DNA of 64,000 bases. It comes from a virus. Position 1 is the stretch's first letter. Every line of letters starts with the position of its first letter. The notes below the pieces were generated by a model. That model made no database searches and was not told the origin of the DNA. It worked only from the letters and a program-made list of their open reading frames with translations. This document shows positions 27,326 to 37,364 of this stretch, in pieces. The stretch lies in the IMG/VR virus record IMGVR_UViG_3300044508_000033. The stretch is one strand, 5' to 3'. The position numbers and the translations under genes are program-made.

Positions 27326-29205
27326 ACCAACCGATCAACACGTTCGATATCCAAGACACGCCGGAGTTCCAGCGCATCCTCGCGCTGCCGCGGCGCGATT
27401 GGGAAGAACGGATCAGGGCAAACGACCTCTACCGCCGCATGACAGCCGCGTTCAAGCTGCCGCGCGGTCAGATGGATCTGTTCCCGATCCAAGCCGCAGC
27501 CCTTGCGGATGCGCATGACAAACGCGGCCTCATCGCGCCCATCGGAGTGGGCGGCGGAAAAACGCTGACCAGCTTCCTTCTGCCGACCGTGATACCTGGA
27601 GTTGTTCGCCCGGTGTTGCTTGTACCCGCCGCGCTTGTCGCCAAGGAGTACAACAAGACGTGGCACGAGTTTCGAGAGCTTCAGAAGCACTGGCTCTGCC
27701 ACCCGGAGTTCTCGACAAAAGCGCGTTTCGACGAGTGCATCATCACGTACCAAGCGCTCGGTCGGGAAGGCGGCAAAGACGCGCTCATGGCGCGGCGCCC
27801 GGACATGATCATCGCAGACGAGGCGCACCTCATCTCGAATCGAAACGCTGCCTGCACAAAGCGTTTTGAGCGCTACATGCTCGCGAACCCGAACACGATC
27901 TTCTGCGCGATGAGCGGAACGATCACCAAGCGCTCGATCCGCGACTACTGGCACCTCTTCTACTTCGCTCTCCGCGAAGGGATGCCGCTTCCGCGCATCG
28001 AAGCCGAGATGGAGAAATGGGCCGAGGTTCTAGACGAGCGCAAGGTCGACGGGCCTTCGCGTCGTGGACCCGGTGTGTTGATCCAGCTCTGCGGCGAAGA
28101 AGACAAGAAGGTGTTCGAGAGGACAGCACCGATCGGCCGGACGCAGCAGATGCCTACCGCGTTTTTCTCGGAGCAGACCGCAGCCGTTCGCAGAGGCTAC
28201 CAAAAACGCATGCAAGAGACGCCCGGCGTCGTATCTTCGCGCGAGACAGCGATCTCGTGCTCTCTCGTTGTGCGCCGCCTCGACGTGCATCCAGGAGCTA
28301 CCGCAAGCGAGCAGCTACGCACGCTGCGCGAAAAGAAACTCACACCGAACGGCGACATCGTTCGCACGCCGATGGATGTGTGGCGGCACGCCCGCGAGCT
28401 TGCATGCGGTTTTTACTACCGTTGGGAGCCGCGTCCGCCCTCGGAGTGGCTCGAAGCACGCTCGGCGTGGAACTGGTACGTCCGCGAGATTCTGTTTCCA
28501 GAAGGCTCCCTGCACGCGACGTACGCACATTTGCACCTCGATAGCCCGCGCATGATCGCTTCGGCCATCGTCGGCCATGACGACGGCGCGGATGTCGACG
28601 AGCAGGGCTTCGACTCAGATTTCGAGGAAGAAGGCAAGGGCGGAGCGGCTGCTATTGTTCGTCCATCCGTTTTCCACCCCAACATCGTGGAGGCGTACCA
28701 CAACTGGGCGAAGATCCGCGGGATTTACAAGATCAACACCGTGGCGCAGTGGATGGACGAAACCGTACTTCGCTATTGTTCGGACTGGATTTCCAAAAAC
28801 GGCCCTGCTATTGTCTGGACCGAGCACAGGGCCTTCGGGGAGAAGCTCGCAGCGCTTCTCAACACAGGCTTCTGTGCGCAGAAGGGGCTCGACGGCAGCA
28901 AGAAGTCGATCGAGCAGTACGACGGTAAAACGGTTGTGGCGAGTGTTGGCGCGAACTGCACCGGCCGCAATCTTCAGGCGTGGAACAAGAACCTGATCGT
29001 GACGTGTCCGCCAACCGGACGTCTGATCGAGCAGCTCATCGGCAGAACGCACCGCACCGGGCAGAAGGCCGACACGGTGTATGTGGATTGGATCTGTGCC
29101 TGCGACGAGCAGGACCAAGGCTTCTCGCAAATGCGCGCAGACGCGCGGTACATCCAAGACACGTTCGGCACGCCGCAGAAGCTCTGCTACGCCGACCACC
29201 TCTGA
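27322..29205 (+). CDS. Superfamily 2 (DEAH) helicase
   Basis: GVGGGKT, IADEAH, MSGT, TGRNLQ, QLIGRTHRTGQ. Confidence 0.92.
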   Translation: MNQPINTFDIQDTPEFQRILALPRRDWEERIRANDLYRRMTAAFKLPRGQMDLFPIQAAALADAHDKRGLIAPIGVGGGKTLTSFLLPTVIPGVVRPVLLVPAALVAKEYNKTWHEFRELQKHWLCHPEFSTKARFDECIITYQALGREGGKDALMARRPDMIIADEAHLISNRNAACTKRFERYMLANPNTIFCAMSGTITKRSIRDYWHLFYFALREGMPLPRIEAEMEKWAEVLDERKVDGPSRRGPGVLIQLCGEEDKKVFERTAPIGRTQQMPTAFFSEQTAAVRRGYQKRMQETPGVVSSRETAISCSLVVRRLDVHPGATASEQLRTLREKKLTPNGDIVRTPMDVWRHARELACGFYYRWEPRPPSEWLEARSAWNWYVREILFPEGSLHATYAHLHLDSPRMIASAIVGHDDGADVDEQGFDSDFEEEGKGGAAAIVRPSVFHPNIVEAYHNWAKIRGIYKINTVAQWMDETVLRYCSDWISKNGPAIVWTEHRAFGEKLAALLNTGFCAQKGLDGSKKSIEQYDGKTVVASVGANCTGRNLQAWNKNLIVTCPPTGRLIEQLIGRTHRTGQKADTVYVDWICACDEQDQGFSQMRADARYIQDTFGTPQKLCYADHL

Positions 29206-29250
29206 TTGTTTCGCTCGCCTTGTGCGAGTTTTGAAGGAAGGGATGATTGA

Positions 29251-30303
29251 ATGAGCAACGGACAACAGTGGCAACCGCCGCAATGGGGTCAACCGGGCGC
29301 AGCGCCGCAACCGCAGCAGGGCTACGCGCAGCCCGTGCCGCAGCCCGTGCCGCAGCAGGGCTACGCGCAGCCCGTGCCGCAGCCCGTGCCGCAGCAGGGC
29401 TACGCGCAGCCGCAGCCCCAACAACCGGCCTATCAGCAACCCGGCTACGGCTACCAACAGCCGCAGCAAGGTTACGCCCAACCCACTCCGCAGCAGGGCT
29501 ACGCGCAGCCGCCCTACTCGCAACACGCCGCGGGCGACAACCCGTTTGCGGGCATGAACAGCGGTGAGCAGATTCGCCGTCTGCCGTCCCTCGGCGGCGA
29601 CGAGGGTGAAGGCGTCATCGAGGGCTCGTACCTGCTCGAGGTCAAGGCGATCAAGCTCAAGCGCAATCGCAAGAACGGCAAGTGGAACCTCATCCTCGAG
29701 CACCTGATCGAGCAGAGCAACCAACCGCTCCGTCCGGCAGGCATGATGTGCTCGTCGTTCATCCCGCTCGGCATGGACATGAGTGGCGTGAACTGGAGCG
29801 CGTACGTCGCCGCGATCCACGGCGTGCAGCCGACGGCTCTCCCGAAGAACAGCATCGTCGCTCCGTGGCCGGATGCGCAGTACGGGCGCCCGCTCTCGTG
29901 GGACGAGTACGGTCAGCTCGCGACGGCAGACAACAACCCGTGGGCCGGACGCAAGGTCGGCTGCGCGATCATGAAGATCCAGACGGGCGCGGGGGACGAC
30001 TTCCCGCGCCACGACTGGACGCCCGCGGCGGAGATGGTCATCCCGCAGCGTCAGCAGGCCCCGGCACCCCCGCAGCAGGCGTTCGGCGCCCCGCAGGCCG
30101 CCTTCACGCAGCCGCCGATGGCGATCCCGCAGCAGGCGTTCGGCGCCCCGCCGCAACCGGCCCCCGGAGCGCCCTGGGGCGGCCCGCAGGGCGGCGCCCC
30201 GCAAGCTCCGCCGCAGGGCTTCCAGCAGGCCCCGCAGCAGACGTTCGGCGCCCCTCCGCAACCGGGAGCGCCCGGTGCGCCCTGGGGCGGCCAGCAACGC
30301 TGA
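29251..30303 (+). CDS. Putative ssDNA-binding protein with P/Q/G/Y low-complexity arms
   Basis: Position between helicase and polymerase; central beta-rich domain ([12 protein letters not shown]); disordered flanks. Confidence 0.55.
   Translation: MSNGQQWQPPQWGQPGAAPQPQQGYAQPVPQPVPQQGYAQPVPQPVPQQGYAQPQPQQPAYQQPGYGYQQPQQGYAQPTPQQGYAQPPYSQHAAGDNPFAGMNSGEQIRRLPSLGGDEGEGVIEGSYLLEVKAIKLKRNRKNGKWNLILEHLIEQSNQPLRPAGMMCSSFIPLGMDMSGVNWSAYVAAIHGVQPTALPKNSIVAPWPDAQYGRPLSWDEYGQLATADNNPWAGRKVGCAIMKIQTGAGDDFPRHDWTPAAEMVIPQRQQAPAPPQQAFGAPQAAFTQPPMAIPQQAFGAPPQPAPGAPWGGPQGGAPQAPPQGFQQAPQQTFGAPPQPGAPGAPWGGQQR
29313..29411 (+). repeat. Coding 39-bp tandem repeat ([13 protein letters not shown])
   Basis: gcagcagggctacgcgcagcccgtgccgcagcccgtgcc, about 2.5 copies. 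Confidence 0.85.
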
Positions 30304-30459
30304 CGTGAAGCTCTCGCGCGCTTGAGAATCCCCTTCGCTCGCGCGCATGCCCTCTTGTGGCAGGGCGCTGGTTGGCCGTCCTTCGAGAGAAAACTCTGCG
30401 TTCGGGTTTCGCGTGCGCGAACGCAGGGTGCCAACCGCTTTTTAGCCGGAGGTCTGTCG

Positions 30460-30666
30460 ATGCGTGGAATCGCAGCCGGACGCAAACCCGCGTTCGAGAC
30501 ATGCCGCGAACAGGGCTGGGAACCCGGAGACGTCTTGGCATCCGACGCTTGGGCGGAGCCGAAGAAGATCGTCTCGATCACGAAGACGTCCGTCGTCTTG
30601 CGCGCAGGCAAAGGCCGCCATCAGCTCCGGGCGCTACCCGCAGACGTTCACCGAATCGAGGGTTGA
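30460..30666 (+). CDS. Small hypothetical protein
   Basis: GGAGG RBS before ATG 30460. Confidence 0.55.
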   Translation: MRGIAAGRKPAFETCREQGWEPGDVLASDAWAEPKKIVSITKTSVVLRAGKGRHQLRALPADVHRIEG

Positions 30667-30667
30667 G

Positions 30668-30856
30668 ATGAAGAGCGTTTTGGCAGGTCTCGGCGCAGCC
30701 GCTCTCGTTGTTCTGCTGTATGCGATCGCGATCGCGCACGACATGCACGTAGAAGGTGAGTGCTCGAAGCAACATTGCGAGCATGGAAAACCTCTTTTGG
30801 TGAAGACGGTTCCGCTCGCTTTGACATGCATCTGTGCGGAGGTCGTCGGTGAATAA
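30668..30856 (+). CDS. Small membrane-anchored Cys-rich protein
   Basis: N-terminal TM segment then CxxxC...CxC. Confidence 0.55.
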   Translation: MKSVLAGLGAAALVVLLYAIAIAHDMHVEGECSKQHCEHGKPLLVKTVPLALTCICAEVVGE

Positions 30857-31034
30857 GAGCGGAGAAGAGATGGGTCCGTGGGAGCGCGCCTGGCACGAGA
30901 CGTATAACGCGGCGCTCGCGGGCCTCTACACGAACGTGGCGCTCGTCTCCTCGAAAGAGGGTGTAGAGACGGCGCATAAGCTAGCGCAGCGCGCCGCAAA
31001 CCGCCTGCACGGAGAGAACTTCGGATGTCGTTGA
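30849..31034 (+). CDS. Small helical protein
   Basis: WHETYNAALAG...AHKLA...A...HG. Confidence 0.55.
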   Translation: MNKSGEEMGPWERAWHETYNAALAGLYTNVALVSSKEGVETAHKLAQRAANRLHGENFGCR

Positions 31035-31543
31035 TCAAACAGCTCGCACAAGAGTGCGTCGAGATCGCGGAGTCGAAGGGCTTCGACCGCTGCACGTGGG
31101 ACAACTTCGCAACGAAGGTCGCCTTCATCTACACGGAGGTCGACGAGGCGATCGAGAAGCTAGGTTGGAAGAGTGTCGAGGTTCAGGGAACCGTCGGTGA
31201 AGAGTTCGCCGATATCGCGATTCGGACGCTCGCAATCCTCCAAACGCTGTGGCCGGAGTGGTCGAGCAGCCGTATCGAAAACCGAGGCCCGGTAAAACGG
31301 CGCCGTTTCGAGCAGCCCGCTCAACTCTTCGTGCCGGTGACTCGCTATCTGCGCATGGCGCTCGAAGCGTGGCGCAGGGACGATCAGAAGGACGCGCAAA
31401 TCAGTTTGGAGCTTTCGCTTCTCGAACTGTGGAAGCTCGCAGACGAGTGGTCGATGCTCGAACTGAGTTTCTACGTTCAGGCGAAGATGAAACAAAACCG
31501 TGAGCGCCCGCCGCTCCACGGAAAGAAGCGGACGGAGGCGTAA
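31025..31543 (+). CDS. MazG-like NTP pyrophosphohydrolase
   Basis: IYTEVDEAIE, EEFADIAIR, KMKQNRERP..HGK. Confidence 0.75.
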   Translation: MSLIKQLAQECVEIAESKGFDRCTWDNFATKVAFIYTEVDEAIEKLGWKSVEVQGTVGEEFADIAIRTLAILQTLWPEWSSSRIENRGPVKRRRFEQPAQLFVPVTRYLRMALEAWRRDDQKDAQISLELSLLELWKLADEWSMLELSFYVQAKMKQNRERPPLHGKKRTEA

Positions 31544-31544
31544 G

Positions 31545-32495
31545 ATGACGTTTTCAGCTCGGGTCTTGGCGCACTCGGTTGCCAGAGACATCCCGCCACT
31601 GATCTCGATGGAAATCACTTTTCCTCGGATTATTCTCGCGGAGTTCAACACGCACCGCATGTTCTCGCGAAACAGCGCGAGCAGCCGAGCGATCCCCGTC
31701 GAGAAGATGCTCAGGATGGTGCGGGAGAACCCGTACATCCCGTCGAGCTGGGGCAAGAACCAGAAGGGGATGCAGGCGGAGATCGACCTCGACGAGCGCG
31801 ATTCGAGCAAGGCGCGGGACATCTGGCTTCACGCCCGCGACAAGGCGGTAGAGCAGGCAGAGAAACTGCTCGACGTCGGCGTCCACAAGCAGCTCACCAA
31901 CCGCCTGCTCGAACCCTTCATGTGGCACACCGTCATCGTCACGGCGACGGACTGGAGCAACTTCTTCCACCTGCGCGACAACAAGATGGCGCACCCCGAC
32001 ATCCAGCGCATCGCGTCGATGATGCGGGCGGAGATCGACAAGAGCACGCCCGCGTTTCGTGAGAAAGGAGACGATCACGGCGGGTGGCATCTGCCGTTGA
32101 TTCAAGAAGAAGATTTGCACTTTCAGCGCCGCGCGCTGCTAGGACAGCGAGGCGACCTTACGCAGGCGATAGGAGCGGCTATCGAGACCCTGATCAAGAT
32201 CAGTGTCGGGCGCTGCGCTCGCGTGAGCTACCTCACGCACGACGGCAAGCGCGACCACGACGCAGACATTCGCCTGCACGACGACCTGCTCAAGAACGGA
32301 CACATGAGCCCGTTCGAGCACGTCGCACGTCCGGCAACGGTGGACGACTTGCGCTCGAGCTGCGCGAGCATCCCCGGAGACTACCGCGTCGCCCCGGCGT
32401 TGAATCAAGTCTACTTCGGCAATCTCCGCGGCTGGGTTCAGTACCGCAAGATGGTCCCGAACGAGAGCGACATCCTCGCGGGAGGCGGAGCATGA
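31545..32495 (+). CDS. thyX: Flavin-dependent thymidylate synthase
   Basis: EFNTHRMFSRNSASSRAIP, HKQ..NRLLEPF, CARVSY, HMSPFEH. Confidence 0.92.
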   Translation: MTFSARVLAHSVARDIPPLISMEITFPRIILAEFNTHRMFSRNSASSRAIPVEKMLRMVRENPYIPSSWGKNQKGMQAEIDLDERDSSKARDIWLHARDKAVEQAEKLLDVGVHKQLTNRLLEPFMWHTVIVTATDWSNFFHLRDNKMAHPDIQRIASMMRAEIDKSTPAFREKGDDHGGWHLPLIQEEDLHFQRRALLGQRGDLTQAIGAAIETLIKISVGRCARVSYLTHDGKRDHDADIRLHDDLLKNGHMSPFEHVARPATVDDLRSSCASIPGDYRVAPALNQVYFGNLRGWVQYRKMVPNESDILAGGGA

Positions 32496-32851
32496 TCCCG
32501 ATGCAGAAGAACAGCGAAGAGGCGAGAGCCTTCCTGTCGCAAGTGTTCATCGCGCACGCAGGTAACGCCGAGCACCTTCTCACCGTCCTTTCGATCGCGA
32601 TCGCAAACCGCGACGAAGACATCCGGCGTCTTCGCGAGATGTACGAGGCGCTCGAGCGCTCACGGATGGACCAGCGCACGCAGGCGCACCGTTGGTGGGG
32701 CACCTACCGAGCTGCGCTCCCCGGTTGCGTGATGGCGATGGCGGCGGATATGGAGATCCGCGCCAGGGTACACGTCGCGGCACACAATCTAGCATCGAAG
32801 ATCGCCGACATGGCGCACGGACCTCTGCAAGACCCTGATGTGGTGGTGTGA
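32492..32851 (+). CDS. Hypothetical protein
   Basis: ATGA overlap; C-terminus resembles 30849..31034. Confidence 0.65.
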   Translation: MIPMQKNSEEARAFLSQVFIAHAGNAEHLLTVLSIAIANRDEDIRRLREMYEALERSRMDQRTQAHRWWGTYRAALPGCVMAMAADMEIRARVHVAAHNLASKIADMAHGPLQDPDVVV

Positions 32852-33357
32852 TGTTGGACTGGTCCATTCGCACGAAATACGGTGTGACCCCGATCGAGAT
32901 CAACGGGCGAGAAACACTTTTCAAGAGCGGCATCCCGGAGTGCATCTACAACTCACGCGACTTCTACGCGTTCGAGTCGTCGCAGAGGCTTGAGCGCGAC
33001 ACAACGCAGATCAACCTCGACCTGCCTGATCCGGGGGAGGAATACCGCTGGTTCCTTCTCGACGGTTGGTACATCACGTACGAGAACGAGCTTGCACGCA
33101 GGCCGTGCTCGGCGACGCTTCGTTCGGAGGTCTCGCTCTTGTTTGCCAATGAGCTTGTGCAAACGACGCTTTTCAACAGCGTTGCAACGCCGCTCGACGG
33201 GCAGCCTCCGAGACTCGCGAAGCTCGAGTACCTCGTCACCTCCGACGTTCCGATCGACGTTCAAATCCGACCGCTGATCACGTTGTCGTTCAACGACGAC
33301 CAAAAAGACTTCCGCGTCCACTTCCGTGGACGCAGGCGGAAAGAAGCGAGGCGCTAG
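32848..33357 (+). CDS. Beta-rich hypothetical protein with basic C-terminus
   Basis: 169-aa ORF ending FRVHFRGRRRKEARR. Confidence 0.65.
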   Translation: MMLDWSIRTKYGVTPIEINGRETLFKSGIPECIYNSRDFYAFESSQRLERDTTQINLDLPDPGEEYRWFLLDGWYITYENELARRPCSATLRSEVSLLFANELVQTTLFNSVATPLDGQPPRLAKLEYLVTSDVPIDVQIRPLITLSFNDDQKDFRVHFRGRRRKEARR

Positions 33358-33534
33358 ATGGTCGAGATCAAGTCCGGGAGCATCTTGCTTGCACGCATGC
33401 GACTCGTGCAGGACAAGCTCGACACACCGCCTCTTGCCGAGATCACGGTTTTCGTCAAACCCTCGAAAATACTCGAAGAGAGTAGCTACCTCATCGAGAA
33501 GCTGATCGAGCTTGCGAAGAGGAACGACGCCTGA
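33358..33534 (+). CDS. Small hypothetical protein
   Basis: Fills the gap exactly; GAGG RBS. Confidence 0.5.
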   Translation: MVEIKSGSILLARMRLVQDKLDTPPLAEITVFVKPSKILEESSYLIEKLIELAKRNDA

Positions 33535-33537
33535 ACG

Positions 33538-35643
33538 ATGCTGTCGTTCGACACAGAGACCGCCCTCATGCGAGAGGCGTGCTTGGCGCCACCTCTTGCG
33601 TGCGTGAGCTTCAGCGACGGCACGAGCGCAGACCTCGTGCATTGGAAAGACAGCTATCGACCTTCGCGTTGGTTGCTCGAGCAAGAGACCACGCTGGCGA
33701 ACGCCGGATACGACCTCGCAGTTCTTTGGGCGCAACACCCGGACCTGAAGGATCTGATCTGGGAAGGTCTCGTCGCGGGGCGCTATCACGACGTCCTCAT
33801 TCGGCAGAAGCTCATGGACATCGGCGCAGGCAACTACCGCCGAGTGTTCCGGCGTCTGCCCGGAAACGACAAACCGACGTCGCTTCGCTACAGCCTGAGC
33901 GACCTGCACGCACGCTACTTCGGCGTCTTCATGGAGAAGGACGAGTGGCGTCTTCGCTACGGAGAGCTTCGCGAATACCCGCTTGAGGCTTGGCCCGAAG
34001 GCGCGCGGCGCTACGCGACGTATGACGCCGTAGCGACCTCTCGCATCCACGTTCTTCAGGATCAGTACGCGATCCAACACCCGAAGCACAACCTGTGGGA
34101 TGAGGCAGCGCAGGTTCGAGCATCGTTCGTTCTTCACCTGATGAGTTGTTGGGGTTTTGCGACGGACAAGCGCCAGGTCGAGCGCGTCATCGGGCAGATC
34201 GACAACGAAAACCCTGCGCTAATCCGGCAGCTCATCGCAGCAAACCTCGTTCGCGAAGAGAAGGGCGGGAAAGTCGTCCGCAACGAGAAGATCGCCAAGG
34301 CCCGCATGTACGCGGCAGTCGGCGAAGCCGGAGAGCTGACCGATACCGGATACAAGAACGTCAAGTCCGGCGAGATGAACAAGGACGAGGCGCTGCGGGC
34401 GGGGTACATCAAGATCGACGAGGAGTGGTGCGAGGTCAGCAAAGACCCGGCTCTCGTCGCGTACTACCACTTCCGTCAAAACCAGCTCCTTCGCAGCAAG
34501 CTCACGCACATCTACGCCGCGGCGAGCCACGGCTGGCCAGTCCAAACGCAGTTTGAAGGGCTGATGGAGACAGGCCGCACGTCGAGCAGCGAGAACAAGC
34601 TGATTCGCAACTCGATGGCTCTACAGAACCCGCCTCGCAAGCCGATCATGCAAGACGTGATCGACAAGAAGACGGGCCGCATCGTCTTGGACGAGAAGGG
34701 GAACAAGAAGCAAGAGCCCGCCAAAGACGCAAACGGCCGAGCCATCGGAGGCATGCGCGAGTGCTTCATCGCCCGCCCCGGCTGCACGCTCATCGCAGCG
34801 GACTACGGCCAAGCGGAGCTGGTCTCGCTCGCGCAGATCACTTACGCGGCGTTCGGCTACTCGAAGATGCGAGAGCTGATCAACGCGAAGATGGACCTGC
34901 ACGTCGACTTCGCCAAAGAGGTGATCGCGATCGAGCAGAACCGCGTCCTCACGTACGACGCAGCCTACGCCCTGCACAAAGCGAAGGACGCGTACATGAA
35001 GGAGATGCGCAACCTCGCCAAGGGCTTCAACTTCGGCAAGCCGGGCGGCCTTGGTGCTGCGAGCTTCCAGAGCTTCGTGCGTAAAGCGTACTTCGTCGAG
35101 ATCACGTTCGAGCAGAGCAAGATTCTTGGCCGCGCCTGGCTGCGCCACTTCCCGGAGATGCGCGAATACTTCCGCTGGATCTCGGGCCTCATGGAGGCCG
35201 GAGGCGGCAAGGCAGACATTCAGCAGTACATGAGCGGTCGTTGGCGCGGCAAGTGCTTCTACACACAGGGCTGCAACACGCTGTTCCAAGGGCTCACCGC
35301 AGACGCCGCGAAGGCCGCTCTCTTCGAGGTCTCCCGCCACTGCTACACGGTCAAGAGCAGCGCGCTGTACGGCTGCCGCCCCGTTCTCTTTGTCCACGAC
35401 GAGATCATCACGGAGGCGCCGAAGGACCAGGCCGCAGAGGCCGCCAGGGAGAAGGAGAAGATCATGGTCGATGTCTACTCCCGCTACACGCCCGACGTTC
35501 GCATCACCGCGGACGCACACCTGATGGACCGTTGGAGCAAGGATGCAGAAGCCGTGTTCGACCTTCGCGGCAAGCTCATCCCCTGGCAACCGCCGCAAGA
35601 CGAAGACGAGAAGGCGGAGTTCGCGGAGCTGATGGCGGCATGA
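33538..35643 (+). CDS. polA: Family A DNA polymerase with 3'-5' exonuclease domain
   Basis: SFDTET, NAGYD, YATYDA; TGRTSS, ADYGQAEL, RNLAKGFNFG, FQG, VHDEI. Confidence 0.95.
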   Translation: MLSFDTETALMREACLAPPLACVSFSDGTSADLVHWKDSYRPSRWLLEQETTLANAGYDLAVLWAQHPDLKDLIWEGLVAGRYHDVLIRQKLMDIGAGNYRRVFRRLPGNDKPTSLRYSLSDLHARYFGVFMEKDEWRLRYGELREYPLEAWPEGARRYATYDAVATSRIHVLQDQYAIQHPKHNLWDEAAQVRASFVLHLMSCWGFATDKRQVERVIGQIDNENPALIRQLIAANLVREEKGGKVVRNEKIAKARMYAAVGEAGELTDTGYKNVKSGEMNKDEALRAGYIKIDEEWCEVSKDPALVAYYHFRQNQLLRSKLTHIYAAASHGWPVQTQFEGLMETGRTSSSENKLIRNSMALQNPPRKPIMQDVIDKKTGRIVLDEKGNKKQEPAKDANGRAIGGMRECFIARPGCTLIAADYGQAELVSLAQITYAAFGYSKMRELINAKMDLHVDFAKEVIAIEQNRVLTYDAAYALHKAKDAYMKEMRNLAKGFNFGKPGGLGAASFQSFVRKAYFVEITFEQSKILGRAWLRHFPEMREYFRWISGLMEAGGGKADIQQYMSGRWRGKCFYTQGCNTLFQGLTADAAKAALFEVSRHCYTVKSSALYGCRPVLFVHDEIITEAPKDQAAEAAREKEKIMVDVYSRYTPDVRITADAHLMDRWSKDAEAVFDLRGKLIPWQPPQDEDEKAEFAELMAA

Positions 35644-36051
35644 GCACCTACTTCGATATCGCCTGCCTCGACTGCGAGGCTGAGATGGGCGTTGACGGCT
35701 GCAATCGCAGAGACGAGCTGTTGCTCCATGTCGTAGAACACGCGGATGTGTTTCGCGAGTTCTGGGACATGCGCATCGACGGCATCAACATCGATTGCAG
35801 TTGGTTCAAGGAGCATCTCGGACACAACCTCGCAGTCAAGTGCGAGTACGAGAGCTTCGCCGAGCTGAGAGAGCGTCAGGCGTCCGGTCTGGATCTGCGA
35901 TCTCGTCGAAGACACTTGGGGCGGCAAAGACAAGACCCCTCCTCACGTACACGCAGCGCTTTCACGTCTCGCCTACGGCGACACGCGTTTCAAAACAGAA
36001 GACGCCTGGTACGTATTTTTCCAGGCCGCACTCAAAGAAGGGACAGAGACT
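35640..36051 (+). pseudogene. Zn-binding hypothetical gene apparently frameshifted at an (AG)n run
   Basis: Protein-like until ~35870 (CLDC...WFKEH.GH...EY); protein-like sequence then continues in the +1 frame (VWICDLVEDTWGG...), in frame with 36052. Confidence 0.5.
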
Positions 36052-37038
36052 ATGCCGCGCAACGTGGAACCGAACGACAACGCAAAGCTCAAGTGGAAGC
36101 GCAAGACGTACTTCGACGGTACGGAGTGCGGCTACTCCGGTTGCACCAAGCCCGCCAAGGGGTACGTCTCCGGCACCAAGCCCACGAAGGGCGGAAAAGG
36201 CGCGTTGTGGTTCGGCCCGGCTTGCGACACCTGCGACCCGAACGTCAAGCCGATCTCTCTCGCCGAGCTGGCGCGTCAGCGCAACGGCGCGAGCGACCTG
36301 GCCCTCGTGCTCGACATCGAGGTCGGCGACGTCCACAAGCGTCTCGCCGCGCTCGGCATCGACGACCGCGGCAACGCGCTGCCGCCAGCGAACGGCGGCG
36401 TGGCGCTCCCGGCGACGGAGGACGGCATCTACATCCAGGCGGAGCCGATCTTCGTCCCGGTGCGCGACCTCGACGCGAAGCTCGCGTGGCTCGACCAAAC
36501 CCTCGCCTGGGCCGCCACGGTCCACATCTCGAACCAGATCGAGATGGACCAGATCGGCGCCTTTCTCGTGCAGGTGAAGGGCTTCATCGACAACGCCGAG
36601 AAGGCGCGCGTGGCGGCGGTCCAGCCGTGGGAGAACAAGGCGAAAGAGGTTTCCGCCTTCTACAACAAGGTCGTCAACCCCGCGAAGAGGCTCGAAAAGG
36701 TTCTCAAGCAGAAGATCGACGAAGGCAAGCAGCGCGCCGACCTCGCCGCGCAGGCGGCGTACCTCGCAGCGCAAGCTGCACATCAGCAAGGCAACATGGC
36801 GGGCGTTGCGATGGCCACGCAGGCGGCAGCCGCGGCGGACGTCGTTCTGCCGCAAGGCATTCACGTTCGGCCGAAGATCCGCTGGGAGATCATCGACCCG
36901 AACGGCGTGCGCTCCGATCTGTGGAGCTGGGTGGTCGATCCGGCGAAGGTCGAAGCCGCAATCGCTGCGGGCGACTACAACCTCGGTCCCGGCATCCGCG
37001 TGTGGGAAGAGAACACGGTCTACGCACCGAAGGGCTGA
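36052..37038 (+). CDS. Zn-finger plus coiled-coil phage protein (Gp157/Gam-like)
   Basis: CGYSGC...CDTC; long helix; C-terminal WEIID...VD...PGIRVWEE. Confidence 0.6.
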   Translation: MPRNVEPNDNAKLKWKRKTYFDGTECGYSGCTKPAKGYVSGTKPTKGGKGALWFGPACDTCDPNVKPISLAELARQRNGASDLALVLDIEVGDVHKRLAALGIDDRGNALPPANGGVALPATEDGIYIQAEPIFVPVRDLDAKLAWLDQTLAWAATVHISNQIEMDQIGAFLVQVKGFIDNAEKARVAAVQPWENKAKEVSAFYNKVVNPAKRLEKVLKQKIDEGKQRADLAAQAAYLAAQAAHQQGNMAGVAMATQAAAAADVVLPQGIHVRPKIRWEIIDPNGVRSDLWSWVVDPAKVEAAIAAGDYNLGPGIRVWEENTVYAPKG

Positions 37039-37040
37039 TC

Positions 37041-37364
37041 GTGAGCCCAACACGTCCAAGCACAAAGTGTCGGCGCTGCGGCAGACCGTACGGCGAGCAC
37101 GACACGTCTTTGGAGAGCACGGAAGGCGCGGCGTGCCCCGACACGCCGCAGAGCGTGTTCTTGAAGGCGGAGAACAAAGGCGTGTCGCAGAGCTTCACGC
37201 AGGAACAGACACGCCTTCTTGTTCGCATCTTCGAGGGGTTCTTGAACACGGGCGTCGATCTGCGCCAGTTCTCGAAGGACCCAACCTTCACCAAGCTCTT
37301 GCGCAAGGTGCTCGTGATGAAAACGCGTTTGAAAGAGAAGAACGGGAAGAGGTCTGCGACATGA
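37041..37364 (+). CDS. Hypothetical protein with CxxC..H..C motif
   Basis: GTG start just after the previous stop. Confidence 0.6.
   Translation: MSPTRPSTKCRRCGRPYGEHDTSLESTEGAACPDTPQSVFLKAENKGVSQSFTQEQTRLLVRIFEGFLNTGVDLRQFSKDPTFTKLLRKVLVMKTRLKEKNGKRSAT

Noticed and set aside
28615..30348. 577-aa minus-strand ORF
   Set aside because: Antisense shadow of the helicase and the repeat-rich SSB-like gene
35241..37364. 707-aa ORF as a single protein
   Set aside because: It overlaps polA and 36052..37038 out of frame and is Arg-rich there. Only 35640-35870 and 37041-37364 look coding; high GC3 explains the lack of stops.
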